Shown here: positions 7,779 through 18,865 of the stretch, one piece after another
How positions within the stretch are numbered: position 1 is the first letter of the stretch
Layout: each line of letters begins with the position of its first letter
Assembly (NCBI GenBank): GCA_963662465.1
Contig: OY759599.1
Span: 704,001-768,000 of the forward strand
Length of the DNA stretch: 64,000 nt
Reading direction: 5' to 3'
Source: Desulfatiglandales bacterium
GTDB taxonomy: Bacteria > Desulfobacterota > DSM-4660 > Desulfatiglandales > Desulfatiglandaceae
Translations under genes and position numbers: made by a program
Notes under the pieces: generated by a model
Told to the model about the DNA's origin: nothing
Seen by the model: only the letters and a program-made list of their open reading frames with translations
Database searches by the model: none

Positions 7779-10712
7779 ATGCCGACCAAAAAGAAAAAAG
7801 CGCCGCCCGCGGGTGGAACCCCTTTGGAAAAGGTCAAACAAGAGAAAAAACCCGGAGATGCCGGCAGCTTCCCCATCGTGGGCATCGGCGCCTCAGCCGG
7901 TGGCCTGGAAACCCTCAATCTCTTCTTTTCCGCCATGCCCCCTGACGGCAACATGGCCTTCGTGGTCATCCAGCATCTGAGCCCCCAGCATAAAAGCATC
8001 ATGGTGTCGCTTTTGGAGAAGCACACCCGGATGAGGGTGATGGAGATTGAGGACGGCACAAAGCTCAAACCCAACCATGTCTATCTGAATCCCCCGGGCA
8101 AAAACGTGACCCTTTTTAACGGGTGTCTTCATCTGCTGGAACCGGTAAAAACCGGCACGATTAACCTGCCCATAGATTCCTTTTTTAAATCCCTTTCCGA
8201 AGACCAGGGTGAAAAGGCCATCGGCATCATTTTGTCGGGGACGGCATCGGATGGCACCATGGGGATTCGAGCCATCAAGGGCGGCGGCGGTATGGCCATG
8301 GTCCAGGAACCGGAAACCGCAAAATACGACGGCATGCCCAGAAGCGCCATTGGGACCGGCCTTGTGGATTTTATTGCGCCGGTGGAAGAGATGCCGGAAA
8401 TATTAATCCGTTATGTGAAGCACCCGTTCCTTGAGTCACTGGACAAAATCAAACGGAGAGAGCCCCCCGTCAAGAACCAGATGCAGAAAATTTTCGCACT
8501 GATCCGCGGCGCTACCGGTAACGATTTCTCCCATTACAAACAGAGCACCATTGCCCGTCGCATTGAACGCCGGCTGGTGGTGAATCAGATAGAGGGGTTG
8601 CCCGATTACGTCCGCTATCTCCAGAAAAATCCCGGCGAGATCGACGTGCTGTTCAAGAATCTCACCATCGGGGTGACGAGTTTTTTCAGGGACCCGGAAG
8701 CCTATGACCTGCTTGCGGGGCAGGTGCTGCCGGCGTTGTTGCAAAGGAAAGAGCCGAATACGACGATCCGGTTCTGGATTTCGGGTTGCTCCACCGGGGA
8801 AGAAGCCTACTCTATGGGCATGATTCTTTTGGAAGTAATGGATACCATCAAGAGGCAATTCGACGTTAAAATCTTTGCCACGGACATTGACGCGGCCGCA
8901 CTGGATGTTGCCCGCAAGGGGCTCTACCCGGAAAATATCGGGGCGGATGTCACCGGGGACCGGCTGAAACGGTTTTTCATCAAGGAACAGGGATTGTTAA
9001 AGGTCAACAAACAGCTTCGGGACATGATCGTTTTTTCCCTTCAAAACGTCATCAAAGATCCGCCCTTTTCCCGGGTGGACCTGGTGAGCTGTAGAAATCT
9101 GATGATCTATTTGGACAATGTCCTGCAGAAAAAGATCATCTCCCTGTTTCATTATACGCTGAACCCGGGCGGCATTCTCGTCCTGGGCACATCGGAAAGC
9201 ATCGGGGAACATCCCGATCTTTTTCAGCCCATCAACCGCAAATGGAAGATCTTTGAACGAAAGAAGGGCTTTGTGGAAACCATTCCCGCCTATCCCGCTG
9301 AAGCTGATTACCTCTCCTGCCAGAGAGTCCAGTCCCATGACAAAGACCATCTGCCGGAAGTCGTTACCATCCAGGCAATGGCTGAAAGGGCCATCCTCGA
9401 TGAATATGCCCCTGCCGGTGTTCTGGTCAATGATCAATATGAGATTCTGCATTTTGTGGGTAAAACGGAGAGATTCCTGATGCCGCCAACGGGCAAACCG
9501 GTATTTAACATCCTGAATATGGCACGGGAGGATCTCAAGCCACCGCTGGCCGCAACGCTTCGAAAATCAGTCCGGGAAAAAGCAAATGCGCTTACAAAGG
9601 GTGTCAGGGTCCGGTACAATGGCACGTCCTGTATCGTCGACCTGTCCGTTAAACTCATGAGCCCCGGCTTTATGCTCGTCATATTTGAGGATAAAACGCC
9701 GGCAGACGATAAAAAAGAGCCCGGCAAATTAGAGACAAAACAACAGGATACGGATCTGCAAAGTCTTGAACTGGAACTGCAATCCACCCGGGAATATCTT
9801 CAGGCGACCATCGAGGAAATGGAAACCACCAATGAGGAGCTCAAAAGCACCAATGAAGAGCTGCAATCGGTCAACGAGGAACTTCAAAGCACCAACGAGG
9901 AACTGGAGACCTCCAAGGAGGAGCTGCAATCCACCAATGAGGAGCTGGCCACGGTGAATGAGGAGCTTCAAAACAAGGTAGATGAATCTTCCAAGGCCAA
10001 TGACGATATGCACAATCTTCTGGCCGCAACGGAAATCGCCTCCCTGTTTTTGGATACGGACCTCCACATTAAACGCTTCACCCCCGCCGCGGCAAACATC
10101 ATCCGGTTGATTCATACGGACGTGGGCAGGTCCCTAAATGACCTTAAAACCTGCTTTCCGAATGTGGATCTGGTTGGCCTGGGAGAAAAGGTGCTGAAAG
10201 ACCTCAATACGGTGGAGATGGAAATCCTGTCAACGGATTTGACCTGGTATGCCTTGAAGATCCTGCCGTACCGGACCACCGGAAATGTCATCGACGGCGT
10301 GGTGATGACCTTTCTGGATATACACACCGTCAAGCAGGCGGATAAGGTCAGGCGCTTGGCCACTGTCCTGGAAGATGCCAATGACGCCATCACCGTGCTG
10401 GATAAGAAGGGCCGGATTCTGGCCTGGAACAAGGGGGCTCAAGAGCTGTATGGATGGACCGAGCCGGAGGCCCTGCAAATGAATTATGCCGATCTTTTTC
10501 CAAAGGATCGTGAAAATGATTTTCAAGACATTATCCATGAATTGACCAAAAACAAAACCATCAAATCCTTCAAGACCCGGCGCATGACAAAAGATGGCAG
10601 CATCCTGAACATCTGGATGACCGCCAGCGCCTTGACCGATGAAAACGGTCAGATGGTGGAGATAGCGATCACGGAACGGGATTTGGCGTGGCTGGTGGGA
10701 ATGGAGGATTGA
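7779..10712 (+). CDS. CheB-CheR fusion protein with PAS and coiled-coil domains
   Basis: CheB motifs GASAGG, IQH, GTASDG; CheR motifs IGVTSFFRD, GCSTGEEAYS, SCRNLMIY; NEELQST heptad coiled coil; C-terminal PAS. Confidence 0.93.
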   Translation: MPTKKKKAPPAGGTPLEKVKQEKKPGDAGSFPIVGIGASAGGLETLNLFFSAMPPDGNMAFVVIQHLSPQHKSIMVSLLEKHTRMRVMEIEDGTKLKPNHVYLNPPGKNVTLFNGCLHLLEPVKTGTINLPIDSFFKSLSEDQGEKAIGIILSGTASDGTMGIRAIKGGGGMAMVQEPETAKYDGMPRSAIGTGLVDFIAPVEEMPEILIRYVKHPFLESLDKIKRREPPVKNQMQKIFALIRGATGNDFSHYKQSTIARRIERRLVVNQIEGLPDYVRYLQKNPGEIDVLFKNLTIGVTSFFRDPEAYDLLAGQVLPALLQRKEPNTTIRFWISGCSTGEEAYSMGMILLEVMDTIKRQFDVKIFATDIDAAALDVARKGLYPENIGADVTGDRLKRFFIKEQGLLKVNKQLRDMIVFSLQNVIKDPPFSRVDLVSCRNLMIYLDNVLQKKIISLFHYTLNPGGILVLGTSESIGEHPDLFQPINRKWKIFERKKGFVETIPAYPAEADYLSCQRVQSHDKDHLPEVVTIQAMAERAILDEYAPAGVLVNDQYEILHFVGKTERFLMPPTGKPVFNILNMAREDLKPPLAATLRKSVREKANALTKGVRVRYNGTSCIVDLSVKLMSPGFMLVIFEDKTPADDKKEPGKLETKQQDTDLQSLELELQSTREYLQATIEEMETTNEELKSTNEELQSVNEELQSTNEELETSKEELQSTNEELATVNEELQNKVDESSKANDDMHNLLAATEIASLFLDTDLHIKRFTPAAANIIRLIHTDVGRSLNDLKTCFPNVDLVGLGEKVLKDLNTVEMEILSTDLTWYALKILPYRTTGNVIDGVVMTFLDIHTVKQADKVRRLATVLEDANDAITVLDKKGRILAWNKGAQELYGWTEPEALQMNYADLFPKDRENDFQDIIHELTKNKTIKSFKTRRMTKDGSILNIWMTASALTDENGQMVEIAITERDLAWLVGMED

Positions 10713-10732
10713 GAGTGGAGAAAGAGAAAAAC

Positions 10733-12445
10733 ATGACGGACACCGAGGAACTCAGGCGACTTGCCGAAGCGACTTTGGAATTATCAGCCGATGAAGATGT
10801 GGATCTTTCTACGTTTTCCCCTGAAGAGATAAAAAGCCTGGTCCATGAGCTTCGCGTGCATCAGGTGGAACTGAACATGCAAAACGAAGAGCTAAGGCGG
10901 GTTCAGGGGGAACTGGAAGCCGCACGGGATCGGTATTCCCACCTCTATAACTTTGCACCCGTTGGCTATTTTACCCTCAGCGAAAAGGGGGTCGTTACGG
11001 AAGCGAACCTCACCGCCGCCACCCTGCTGGGAGTGGAACGGTCTTTTCTGATCGGCACGCCCTTTGGCAGTTTTATCCTGACTGAGGATGAAGACATTTT
11101 CTATCTGCACCGAAACCAACTCATGGATTCGAAAAAGCCTCAGTCCTGCCGGCTGCGGATGGTGAAAAAAGACAAGAGTGTTTTTTACGTCAATCTGGAA
11201 TGTATTGTGATTGAAGAAGGGGACGGCGCCCCCAGGCATATCCGGGTGGTGGTCATCGATATCACCGAACAGAAAGAGCTGGAAAATCAGCTTCGGCAAG
11301 CGCAGAAGATGGAGGCCATCGGCACCCTTGCGGGGGGCATCGCGCACGATTTCAATAATATCCTGGCGGCCGTGATCGGTTTTACCGAGCTTGCCATGGA
11401 TGAAGCGGAAAAAGGAACCCCCCTGGCGGAGGATCTGGAAGAAGTCCTGATCGGGGGCCAAAGGGCCAAACTCCTGGTCCAGCAGATCCTGTCTTTCAGC
11501 CGAAAGACTCCCGGGAAGGTGGCGCCATTATATGTGGGTGCTTTGGTTAAGGGGGTGCTCAAGCTATTGAGGTCAACCATCCCGGCGGATATTGAGATCA
11601 GCATAGAGATGCACTTGGAGGAGGACCCCTGTGTAATGGGGGATGAAGTGCAGATTCACCAGATTATCCTGAACCTGTGTACCAATGCCGCCCATGCCAT
11701 GGAAGCGAACGGGGGAAAGCTGACCCTCGGCGTAGACACCGTTACCCTCGGCGACGGCAAAACCGTGACCCTCGCAAATCTTCCCCCCGGAAAATACGTC
11801 AAACTCAGTGTCACCGACACCGGGTCCGGCATTTCCCCTGAAAATGTCGAACGGATCTTTGAACCCTATTTTTCCACCAAGGAATCGGGCCGGGGAACCG
11901 GCATGGGGCTTGCGGTTGTGACAGGGATTGTAAAGGCGCACAAAGGGCATATCCTGGTCATGTCCAAGCCCCAAAAGGGGACGACCTTTACGGTATTTCT
12001 GCCCCTCCATGAAAAATCGGTGGTCGCGCCCAACAGTACATCGGGGCAGGTGCTTCCCAGGGGGACGGAGCATATCTTTTTCATAGACGATGAATTGCCC
12101 ATTGTAAAACTGGGCAAAAAGACCCTTGAGAAACTGGGCTACCGGGTGACCACGAGTACCGGCAGCGCTCAGGCCCTGGAAACTTTTCGCATGGCGCCTG
12201 GGACTTTTGACCTGGTGGTTACCGACATGACCATGCCCATCATGACCGGCGACAGACTGGCCGCCGAGTTGATAAAGATCAGGCCCGACATCCCCGTGAT
12301 TATTTGTACGGGTTACAGCAAGAAAATGTCGAAAGAACTGGCGGCGAAAATGGGGATCAAAGCATTTGCTTACAAACCCCTTGATAAGGTGGAACTGGCC
12401 ATGATGGTTCGGAAGGTGCTGGATGGTGTTCGGAGTGGTGCGTAA
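10733..12445 (+). CDS. PAS-domain hybrid histidine kinase/response regulator
   Basis: HELRVHQVEL coiled coil, PAS, H-box [11 protein letters not shown], HATPase, REC (DDE...TDMTMP...KP); start codon uncertain. Confidence 0.92.
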   Translation: MTDTEELRRLAEATLELSADEDVDLSTFSPEEIKSLVHELRVHQVELNMQNEELRRVQGELEAARDRYSHLYNFAPVGYFTLSEKGVVTEANLTAATLLGVERSFLIGTPFGSFILTEDEDIFYLHRNQLMDSKKPQSCRLRMVKKDKSVFYVNLECIVIEEGDGAPRHIRVVVIDITEQKELENQLRQAQKMEAIGTLAGGIAHDFNNILAAVIGFTELAMDEAEKGTPLAEDLEEVLIGGQRAKLLVQQILSFSRKTPGKVAPLYVGALVKGVLKLLRSTIPADIEISIEMHLEEDPCVMGDEVQIHQIILNLCTNAAHAMEANGGKLTLGVDTVTLGDGKTVTLANLPPGKYVKLSVTDTGSGISPENVERIFEPYFSTKESGRGTGMGLAVVTGIVKAHKGHILVMSKPQKGTTFTVFLPLHEKSVVAPNSTSGQVLPRGTEHIFFIDDELPIVKLGKKTLEKLGYRVTTSTGSAQALETFRMAPGTFDLVVTDMTMPIMTGDRLAAELIKIRPDIPVIICTGYSKKMSKELAAKMGIKAFAYKPLDKVELAMMVRKVLDGVRSGA

Positions 12446-12457
12446 AAGGGGAAACCA

Positions 12458-13135
12458 TTTGACCCTTATTTTTCCACAAAGGAAAAAGGGACCCAAAAGG
12501 GCATGGGCCTGGGTCTCACCACCGCCTATGCGGTGGTTCAAAAACATGGCGGCCATATGATGGTCAATTCCAAAACCGGGGTGGGAACCACCGTAACCAT
12601 TTACCTGCCCGCCGAATACGCGGAGAGCAAAGCGCCAGGTGCAAAGGGTGATGATGTTGGAGCCCAATCAACAATCGCCAATCAGCAATCAGCAATCCGA
12701 AGAATCCTGGTTATGGACGATGAGGAGAGCCTCAGGACCCTGGCCCAAAAGATGTTGAAGCGGTTGGAGTATGAAACGGAGACCGTCAAGGACGGCACGG
12801 AAGCCCTTGAAAAATACCAAAAGCACATGGATTCGGGAGAACTCTTTGACGCGGTCCTTCTGGATTTGACCATCAAGGGCGGAATGGGTGGCGAGCAGGC
12901 CATTAAGGAACTGATCAAGATTGATCCCCATGCCCGGGCCATCGAATGCAGCGGCTATTTTAATGCCCCGGTCATGGCCCGTTATGGGGAATATGGTTTT
13001 CGGGGGGCCATGGCGAAACCTTATCAGAAGGCCGATCTTGAGGGGGTTTTAAAAAAGGTCCCGGGCGCCCGTGCAGCCAATAACGGCGAGGTTAATAAAA
13101 GAAGGGGTTCGCCGGTGTGGGGACTGAATGGATAA
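12458..13135 (+). pseudogene. 5'-truncated hybrid histidine kinase (HATPase tail plus REC)
   Basis: Starts abruptly at the F-box FDPYFSTKE...GMGLGL, 13 bp after the previous stop; REC follows. Confidence 0.75.
12665..12699 (+). repeat. Five tandem CAATCNN heptamers in the interdomain linker
   Basis: caatcaa caatcgc caatcag caatcag caatccg, encoding QSTIANQQSAI. Confidence 0.85.
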
Positions 13136-13225
13136 AAATTCCAAATACGATTGTATTTTTCTTGATATTTTTCATTTTTACAGTTACGTATGGAAATATT
13201 TTAAAATATATGCTTAGGTTCGGTT

Positions 13226-14527
13226 ATGATTGAAATCCTAAGGAAGTACAATTTTTGGAACGCGCCGCCGGTCAACATCGGTTTTCCACGGGATTCGTAT
13301 GTGAACGTCCTTTCAGGATATCTGGATAACGCGCTCGTTAAAGTCATCCTTGGACAGCGGCGGGTGGGTAAGAGTTATCTGATCCGAATGTTTATTGAGC
13401 ACCTGATCACCGAAAGAAAAGTGCCGCCCGAAAACATCCTCTACATCAATAAAGATATTTATGCTTTTGATTTCATTAATGACAGCCAAACGCTTCAGGC
13501 GGCCATAGACGAATATCGAAAACAGCTTAAACCAAAAGGGACGATTTACATTTTTCTGGATGAAATTCAGGAAATTGACAATTGGGAAAAGGTGGTCAAT
13601 TCCCTTTCCCAGGATTATACCACCTCCTGTGAGGTTTTCATCACCGGGTCAAACGCGAAACTTCTTTCCGGTGAAATGGCAACTTATTTGAGCGGCAGGT
13701 ATTTGACCATTTTGGTTTTCCCGTTCAGTTTTCCCGAGTTCCTCGGCATCAACAGGATCGGAAACACAAAAGCATCTTTTATTTCTTATCTTGAATCAGG
13801 TGGTATTCCGGAGAGCTACCGGCTTTCGGACCGGGAAATGAAGACGAACTATTACAGAAGCCTGATGGATTCCATTGTATTAAGAGATATTGTTTACCGC
13901 CACAAGGTGAGGGATGTGGCCTTGCTGGAAAGGCTGATCCATTTCCTGATCGATTCGGTGGGCAGCTTTTTCTCCATCAAGTCCGTTGTGGGCGCTTTAA
14001 AGCATGCCGGTTGCCGCACCAATGGGGAAACCGTGGGATCCTATTTGAAGTTCCTGCAGGATGCTTATTTCATTCATGAATCCATGAGGTATGATATCAA
14101 GGGCAAAAAGATATTGACCGGTGAGCGAAAGTACTACCTGAATGACCTTGGCTTCAAATATTTTTTATCCAGCTCCTTTGATTTCGGTATTGGTAAATAT
14201 CTTGAAAATGCGGTTTTCATGCAATTAAAAAGAGAAGGGTATTCTGTTTATACAGGGCGGATCAAAGGCCGTGAAATTGATTTTATTGCAGAAAAAAACA
14301 ACATCAAAAAGTACGTTCAGGTGGCTTATCTCCTGCCTGATGATGCGGTGTTGGAGCGGGAATTCGGGAACCTTAAATTGATTGATGATAATTTTGAGAA
14401 GATGGTTGTTTCAATGGATGACGTGAGTTTTGGAAACAGAGGCGGTATTCTTCACGTGAAGGCATGGGATTTTATGATGGCGCCCAATAGCGGGTTGCGG
14501 GAATCATATACTCATAATTATGAATAA
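13226..14527 (+). CDS. ATP-binding protein (AAA_14 plus DUF4143-type C-terminus)
   Basis: Walker A GQRRVGKS, Walker B FLDEIQ, ITGSNA, LSGR, KYYLNDLG, LENAVF, REIDFIA...YVQV. Confidence 0.88.
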   Translation: MIEILRKYNFWNAPPVNIGFPRDSYVNVLSGYLDNALVKVILGQRRVGKSYLIRMFIEHLITERKVPPENILYINKDIYAFDFINDSQTLQAAIDEYRKQLKPKGTIYIFLDEIQEIDNWEKVVNSLSQDYTTSCEVFITGSNAKLLSGEMATYLSGRYLTILVFPFSFPEFLGINRIGNTKASFISYLESGGIPESYRLSDREMKTNYYRSLMDSIVLRDIVYRHKVRDVALLERLIHFLIDSVGSFFSIKSVVGALKHAGCRTNGETVGSYLKFLQDAYFIHESMRYDIKGKKILTGERKYYLNDLGFKYFLSSSFDFGIGKYLENAVFMQLKREGYSVYTGRIKGREIDFIAEKNNIKKYVQVAYLLPDDAVLEREFGNLKLIDDNFEKMVVSMDDVSFGNRGGILHVKAWDFMMAPNSGLRESYTHNYE

Positions 14528-14711
14528 ATATACCTGAACTCTTTTCAGCCGAGTTCGAAATAAGAAAAAATGCTCTTGAAAACAAGAATAGCGTGAATCA
14601 GACATGGCCGCTTAGACACCTGCACGCCACCGATAACGATCTTTGAATTCATCTGTTTGTTCATAAGATCTTCGTTTTGCCAATTGCATCGCTTTCGTGA
14701 GAAGGCTCCAC

Positions 14712-15000
14712 TTCGATGAACAGAGTCAATCCTCTGGTTTTCGATATTGGAATTGAAAAGCAGTGCCGGTTTATTTGTAAAACGATCAAACACCATTGTA
14801 TCCAGAGACTTTTCAGTAACGATCTGACGCATATTCCACAAGGTTTTTGCACACATATACTTAGAGGCATCTGATTCATCAGTAATATTAAGAGCATAGT
14901 GCCACTGAATATTAAAAGCCGGCTGGTTTACGGTTTCATCGTCGGTGACGTCATGCGCTTGCTGGAGGAGTAGAACTCCAAGTACAGGGAGGTTATGGGG
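14712..15000 (-). mobile_element. Transposase fragment (IS1182/IS5-like, DUF772-type N-terminal region)
   Basis: VLGVLLLQQAHDVTDDETV...FNIQWHYALNI...KTLWNMR...QRIDSVH; truncated at both ends. Confidence 0.65.
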
Positions 15001-15134
15001 GGTAATAGCCTTTTTCGCATATGAGCTCAAAAATCCGATTTAATTTAAAAGCATAGGAATCCATTTTTGTGGCATATCAAATAGTTGTTGCAGTGAGTGG
15101 CATTAAATGTGTCAAAAAAAGCACATTATGCATA

Positions 15135-16574
15135 TGCCATCAAACCAAAAAATTGATGACTTTCCGGACGATTTTTATTGATCATTGGGAATCATTCAAA
15201 GAGCATCATCCAGGGTATGATAATTCGCAATATGATCCGGTTCAGAAAATGCTTGGTTGCGGCAAGGAAAGCGCCGGATATAGCGAGCACCGGTGTGTTT
15301 ATTGCGGTGGTGATGTTCGCCGGATAGGTTTTAGTTGCAAGAGCTGTTTTTGTTTATCCTGCGCCAAGAAATATGTTGACGATTTTGTCAGTCAAGTGAG
15401 TAGGGTGCTTCATGGGGGCATGAATTACCGTCACATTGTTTTGACAATTCCCGAGCAACTGAGAATCGTTTTTTATAAGGCTCGAAATGATGGACGTTTG
15501 TTATCGGCTTTTATGAGATGCGGGTACGAATGTTTGGAGGATGTTGTCGGAACGGTTCTTCGGCGGAAACTGAAAATAGGAACGATCGTCGTTGTTCAAA
15601 CGCATGGTCGATCCGGTCATTATAATCCGCATTTGCATATCATCATGACAAGCGGTGGGATAAATGAAGATCTGTGCGGTTGGTTTGATTTAAGGTTCTT
15701 CAAGTATGAGATTATACATAAGAAATGGCAGTATCATCTATTCAGAATGCTCAAGTCCCATTTTAACAGCAGTGCGGTCGATAAACTTATTGATGAGCTG
15801 TGGAAAAAATACCCTAATGCTTAAAGGTTTGGTAGCCAATGTGAGCAAGGGTAATGTTCCTGAGACATGTGGGGGTCTGGCGCGATATTTGGCGAAATAT
15901 GTTGCATCTCCTCCGATAGCTCTGAGACGGATAATCAGTTATGATGGCAATATGTTACCTATTGGTACAATGATCACATGACAAAATCCAGGAAGGTTGA
16001 AACCGTGGAAGTGGATGTTTTTATCGGTCGAATGGTTCAACACATAATGCCCAAAGGGTTCCAGCGGGTTCGTTATTATGGGCTACAGGCTACGAAAACT
16101 TTTAAGAAATGGTCGGAAGTAATACGGAAAGGGATGAAGGCTTTGGGGCGTGGGATTAAAGGAACGTATCAAGTCGTAAAAGCGAAAAGATATCGAGAAC
16201 GTTATAAGGAGATCAGCTCTCAAGATCCTTTTTTGTGTCGTTATTGTGGCCATGAAATGGTGCTATGGAAGATATGGCATCCAAAATATGGAGTTTTATA
16301 TGACGAATATGAAAACATCAAAACGACAGGTACGGCACGGTTACAGGACTTGACCCCTGGAAGGCGAGGACTTCCCGTTCGGCCATCCTCCGGAGGAAAT
16401 CCTTACCGTTGTTCCCATTGCCGGCATGAAATGAAGGTTCCGCCGATAATAGATCGGATTGCAAAAGCAGAATATGAAGGAAGGAATGTGGAAGGCTTTA
16501 TGCCCATTCTCGGTTGCCCTCAGTGCAATCGAGAAACAATGAAATATGCGCAAGGTAGAAAGCCCGCGCGTTAG
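15135..16574 (+). mobile_element. IS91-family (Y2 HUH) transposase pseudogene with two frameshifts
   Basis: Zn-binding CKSCFCLSC, YRHIVLTIP, HUH motif NPHLHII, YLAKY, QHIMPKGFQRVRYYG split over three ORFs (breaks near 15820 and 15950); low GC. Confidence 0.85.
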
Positions 16575-16725
16575 CGCGCTAAGTTCAGAATGTGAAAAGG
16601 GAGTGGCAGGATAAGATTATGGCAGTCATTTTTCGGAAAGGGTCATGAGGCGAAGTGGGGATAAACAGGCATCGGATCAGAGGATACTTACTTGATGCTT
16701 TCGCTTGTCTGAGGATGAACCGGAC

Positions 16726-17354
16726 TAAGACGACTTGGACTTGCCCCCTTCCGCGTACATCTTGAAAAACCGTTTTTCCGCCTCATCGGTGCCGATGATA
16801 ATTAATTCATTGTTCTCAAAAAGGCAGACCGAGGGGTCTGGATTTATGATCATCTTCCCATCCTGTCAAGGGTCGCCCGGCTGATGATCTGGATATCGGG
16901 CCGCAATCTTCGACAGTAGATGGTTAAATAGATATTGGTGATCGTGGTTGGTCAGAATGACATGCCCTTTCATCTCCTCGGACACTTTTCGAGGCGCGCC
17001 GGCTTTGGTCTGAGCCTCCAGCCATGGTGCGTAAAAAAACTGGATGAAAGTGAAGGGGAGCATGATGAGAAGCAATATGATGCCGGACAGAAGCACAACC
17101 ATGGAGAACAGCTTTCCCAGGTCCGAATGAAAGGTGATATCCCCGAAACCAAGGGTGGACATGACCGTAAGGGTCCAGTAAAAACCTGTAATCCAACTGA
17201 ATTTCTTGTCTTCCAGGACCATCAGAAAATGAAACAGAACACTGTAGACGCTGATCATGGTGACCAGGAGAAGAAGAAACTTCAATAACATCCTGATGTT
17301 TCGCTCACTGGTTCCGGTGAGCATATAAACGAACTGTCCAAATAGGAATTTCAT
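16726..17354 (-). pseudogene. Two-TM potassium channel with RCK/TrkA domains, internally deleted
   Basis: Pore motif TMSTLGFGDI-like (VMSTLGFGDITF); out-of-frame remnants TNIYLTIYCRRLRPDIQIISRAT and QDGKMIINPDP...ELIIIGTDEAEKRF follow. Confidence 0.8.
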
Positions 17355-17520
17355 GATCCTATCTCTCCGTCCCTGTTTTCAGTGAGGGCCAGAATGAATA
17401 ATATAATCAGTCGCCCATCATGGCTTCGCCGATGGGAAAGAGCCCGATTTCAAGTTTTTCGGCCATATGCCCTCGACACCTGTTTGAAGATGATGGTCCC
17501 GGTATTGTATCAAAGGTTTA

Positions 17521-17536
17521 AGCAAAAAGCACGCCA
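17521..17536 (-). promoter_or_regulatory. Probable sigma-54 promoter for the K+ channel gene
   Basis: Minus strand TGGCGTGCTTTTTGCT with GG-N10-GC spacing, about 170 bp upstream of the start. Confidence 0.55.
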
Positions 17537-17812
17537 CAAACTAAGATCCCATGCAGATTTGAAGGATGTGAAAAAAGTTTCACGCGGAATCGAAACCACT
17601 GGTTCTAATTCCGATCCGTTTCGATTGACTGTCATGACTTTGGCTATGCCGTAGGACTCCGCATGATCAAAATACCTAAAAAGAGCCCTTTACACCGACT
17701 CTTAATTATTGTAGGCGAGATGAAAGCCGTGTTGAATCTGACAATCTTCCAAAGTCAAAGTGTTTGAGAGACATTTTGGCTTTTCACCGAAAAGGATTTA
17801 CCAAATACCCCT

Positions 17813-18832
17813 ATGCGCTTTCGTGGACCAAAACTTATCGGCCTTGCGGCAGTCACCCTATGGGCACTTTTGACCCTTTCCCTTACAGGGGCATTCGGCC
17901 AGGTCGTCAGTCTTCAATTTGAGAATGACTTCTTTGGAGGTGATTCGGATAAACATTTTAGCCACGGCACGCGCATGGAATGGTTGAGCAGTCCCATAGG
18001 GTGGCTAACTGATGAGGTCGACCGGATCCAGTGGCTTGGTTTTCAAAAGAAAACCCCCGATTCCGCCGACGCCCTTGAAACCCGTGTGAGTCTGTCCATG
18101 GGCCAGAACATTTACACCCCGGAGGATACGACGGCGGTGCAATGGGTTCCCCATGACAGGCCCTATGCGGGTTGGCTCTATTTGGGTTTTGGGCTGGAGG
18201 CCAACCAGGGAAGTAAACGGTGTGACAAATTTGGCTTGGAAATCGGCATGGTGGGTCCCGATTCATTCGCTGAGGATACGCAGCGTTTCTGGCATTCCCT
18301 TCTTGGTCTGGATATTCCCAAAGGTTGGGACAACCAATTAAATAACGAACCGGGCCTTGTTCTTTTCTATGAACAGATTCGGCGCTATGAGGTTCAAGAT
18401 CTGTTCTGGGGCCTGAATTTTGATCTGCTGCCAAACGCAGGGGGTGCCTTCGGCAATGTGTTCACCTACGCGGAGGCAGGGCTGGCCCTTCGTCTTGGCT
18501 CAGACCTGAGCCATGATTTCGGTTCTCCCCGTATTCGCCCCGGCCTTCCCGGAAGCAGCTATTTCCGCCCGAAAAAAGGGTTTCTCTGGTATGTGTTTGC
18601 GGGGTTCCAGGGGCGCGCCGTACTCCGAAACATCTTTCTCGATGGAAATACCTTCACAGACAGTCATTCCGTGGAAAAAAAGCCCTTTGTGGGAGATATC
18701 CAGGCCGGGATTGTGGCTCAGTGGGATTCTTTTCGTATCACCTATACACAGGTATTGCGCAGCAAGGAGTTCGACGATCAAGACGTTTCCGATATCTTCG
18801 GTTCCCTCAGCCTCTCCTACCATTTTGAGTAA
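17813..18832 (+). CDS. lpxR: Lipid A 3'-O-deacylase LpxR family outer-membrane protein
   Basis: Signal peptide, FENDFF, GQNIYTP, DRPYAGWLY, GWDNQL, NIFLDGNTF, aromatic residue near the C-terminus. Confidence 0.8.
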   Translation: MRFRGPKLIGLAAVTLWALLTLSLTGAFGQVVSLQFENDFFGGDSDKHFSHGTRMEWLSSPIGWLTDEVDRIQWLGFQKKTPDSADALETRVSLSMGQNIYTPEDTTAVQWVPHDRPYAGWLYLGFGLEANQGSKRCDKFGLEIGMVGPDSFAEDTQRFWHSLLGLDIPKGWDNQLNNEPGLVLFYEQIRRYEVQDLFWGLNFDLLPNAGGAFGNVFTYAEAGLALRLGSDLSHDFGSPRIRPGLPGSSYFRPKKGFLWYVFAGFQGRAVLRNIFLDGNTFTDSHSVEKKPFVGDIQAGIVAQWDSFRITYTQVLRSKEFDDQDVSDIFGSLSLSYHFE

Positions 18833-18865
18833 GCAAAGATTTGGGTTCCTGGTATTGCTTTCGCC

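Noticed and set aside
9820..9970. 21-bp periodic repeats in cheBR
   Set aside because: They encode the ordinary NEELQST coiled coil of CheB-CheR fusions.
18500..18865. Extension of the 224-aa minus-strand ORF antisense into lpxR
   Set aside because: SLC12-like similarity ends near 18866; the remainder is read-through.
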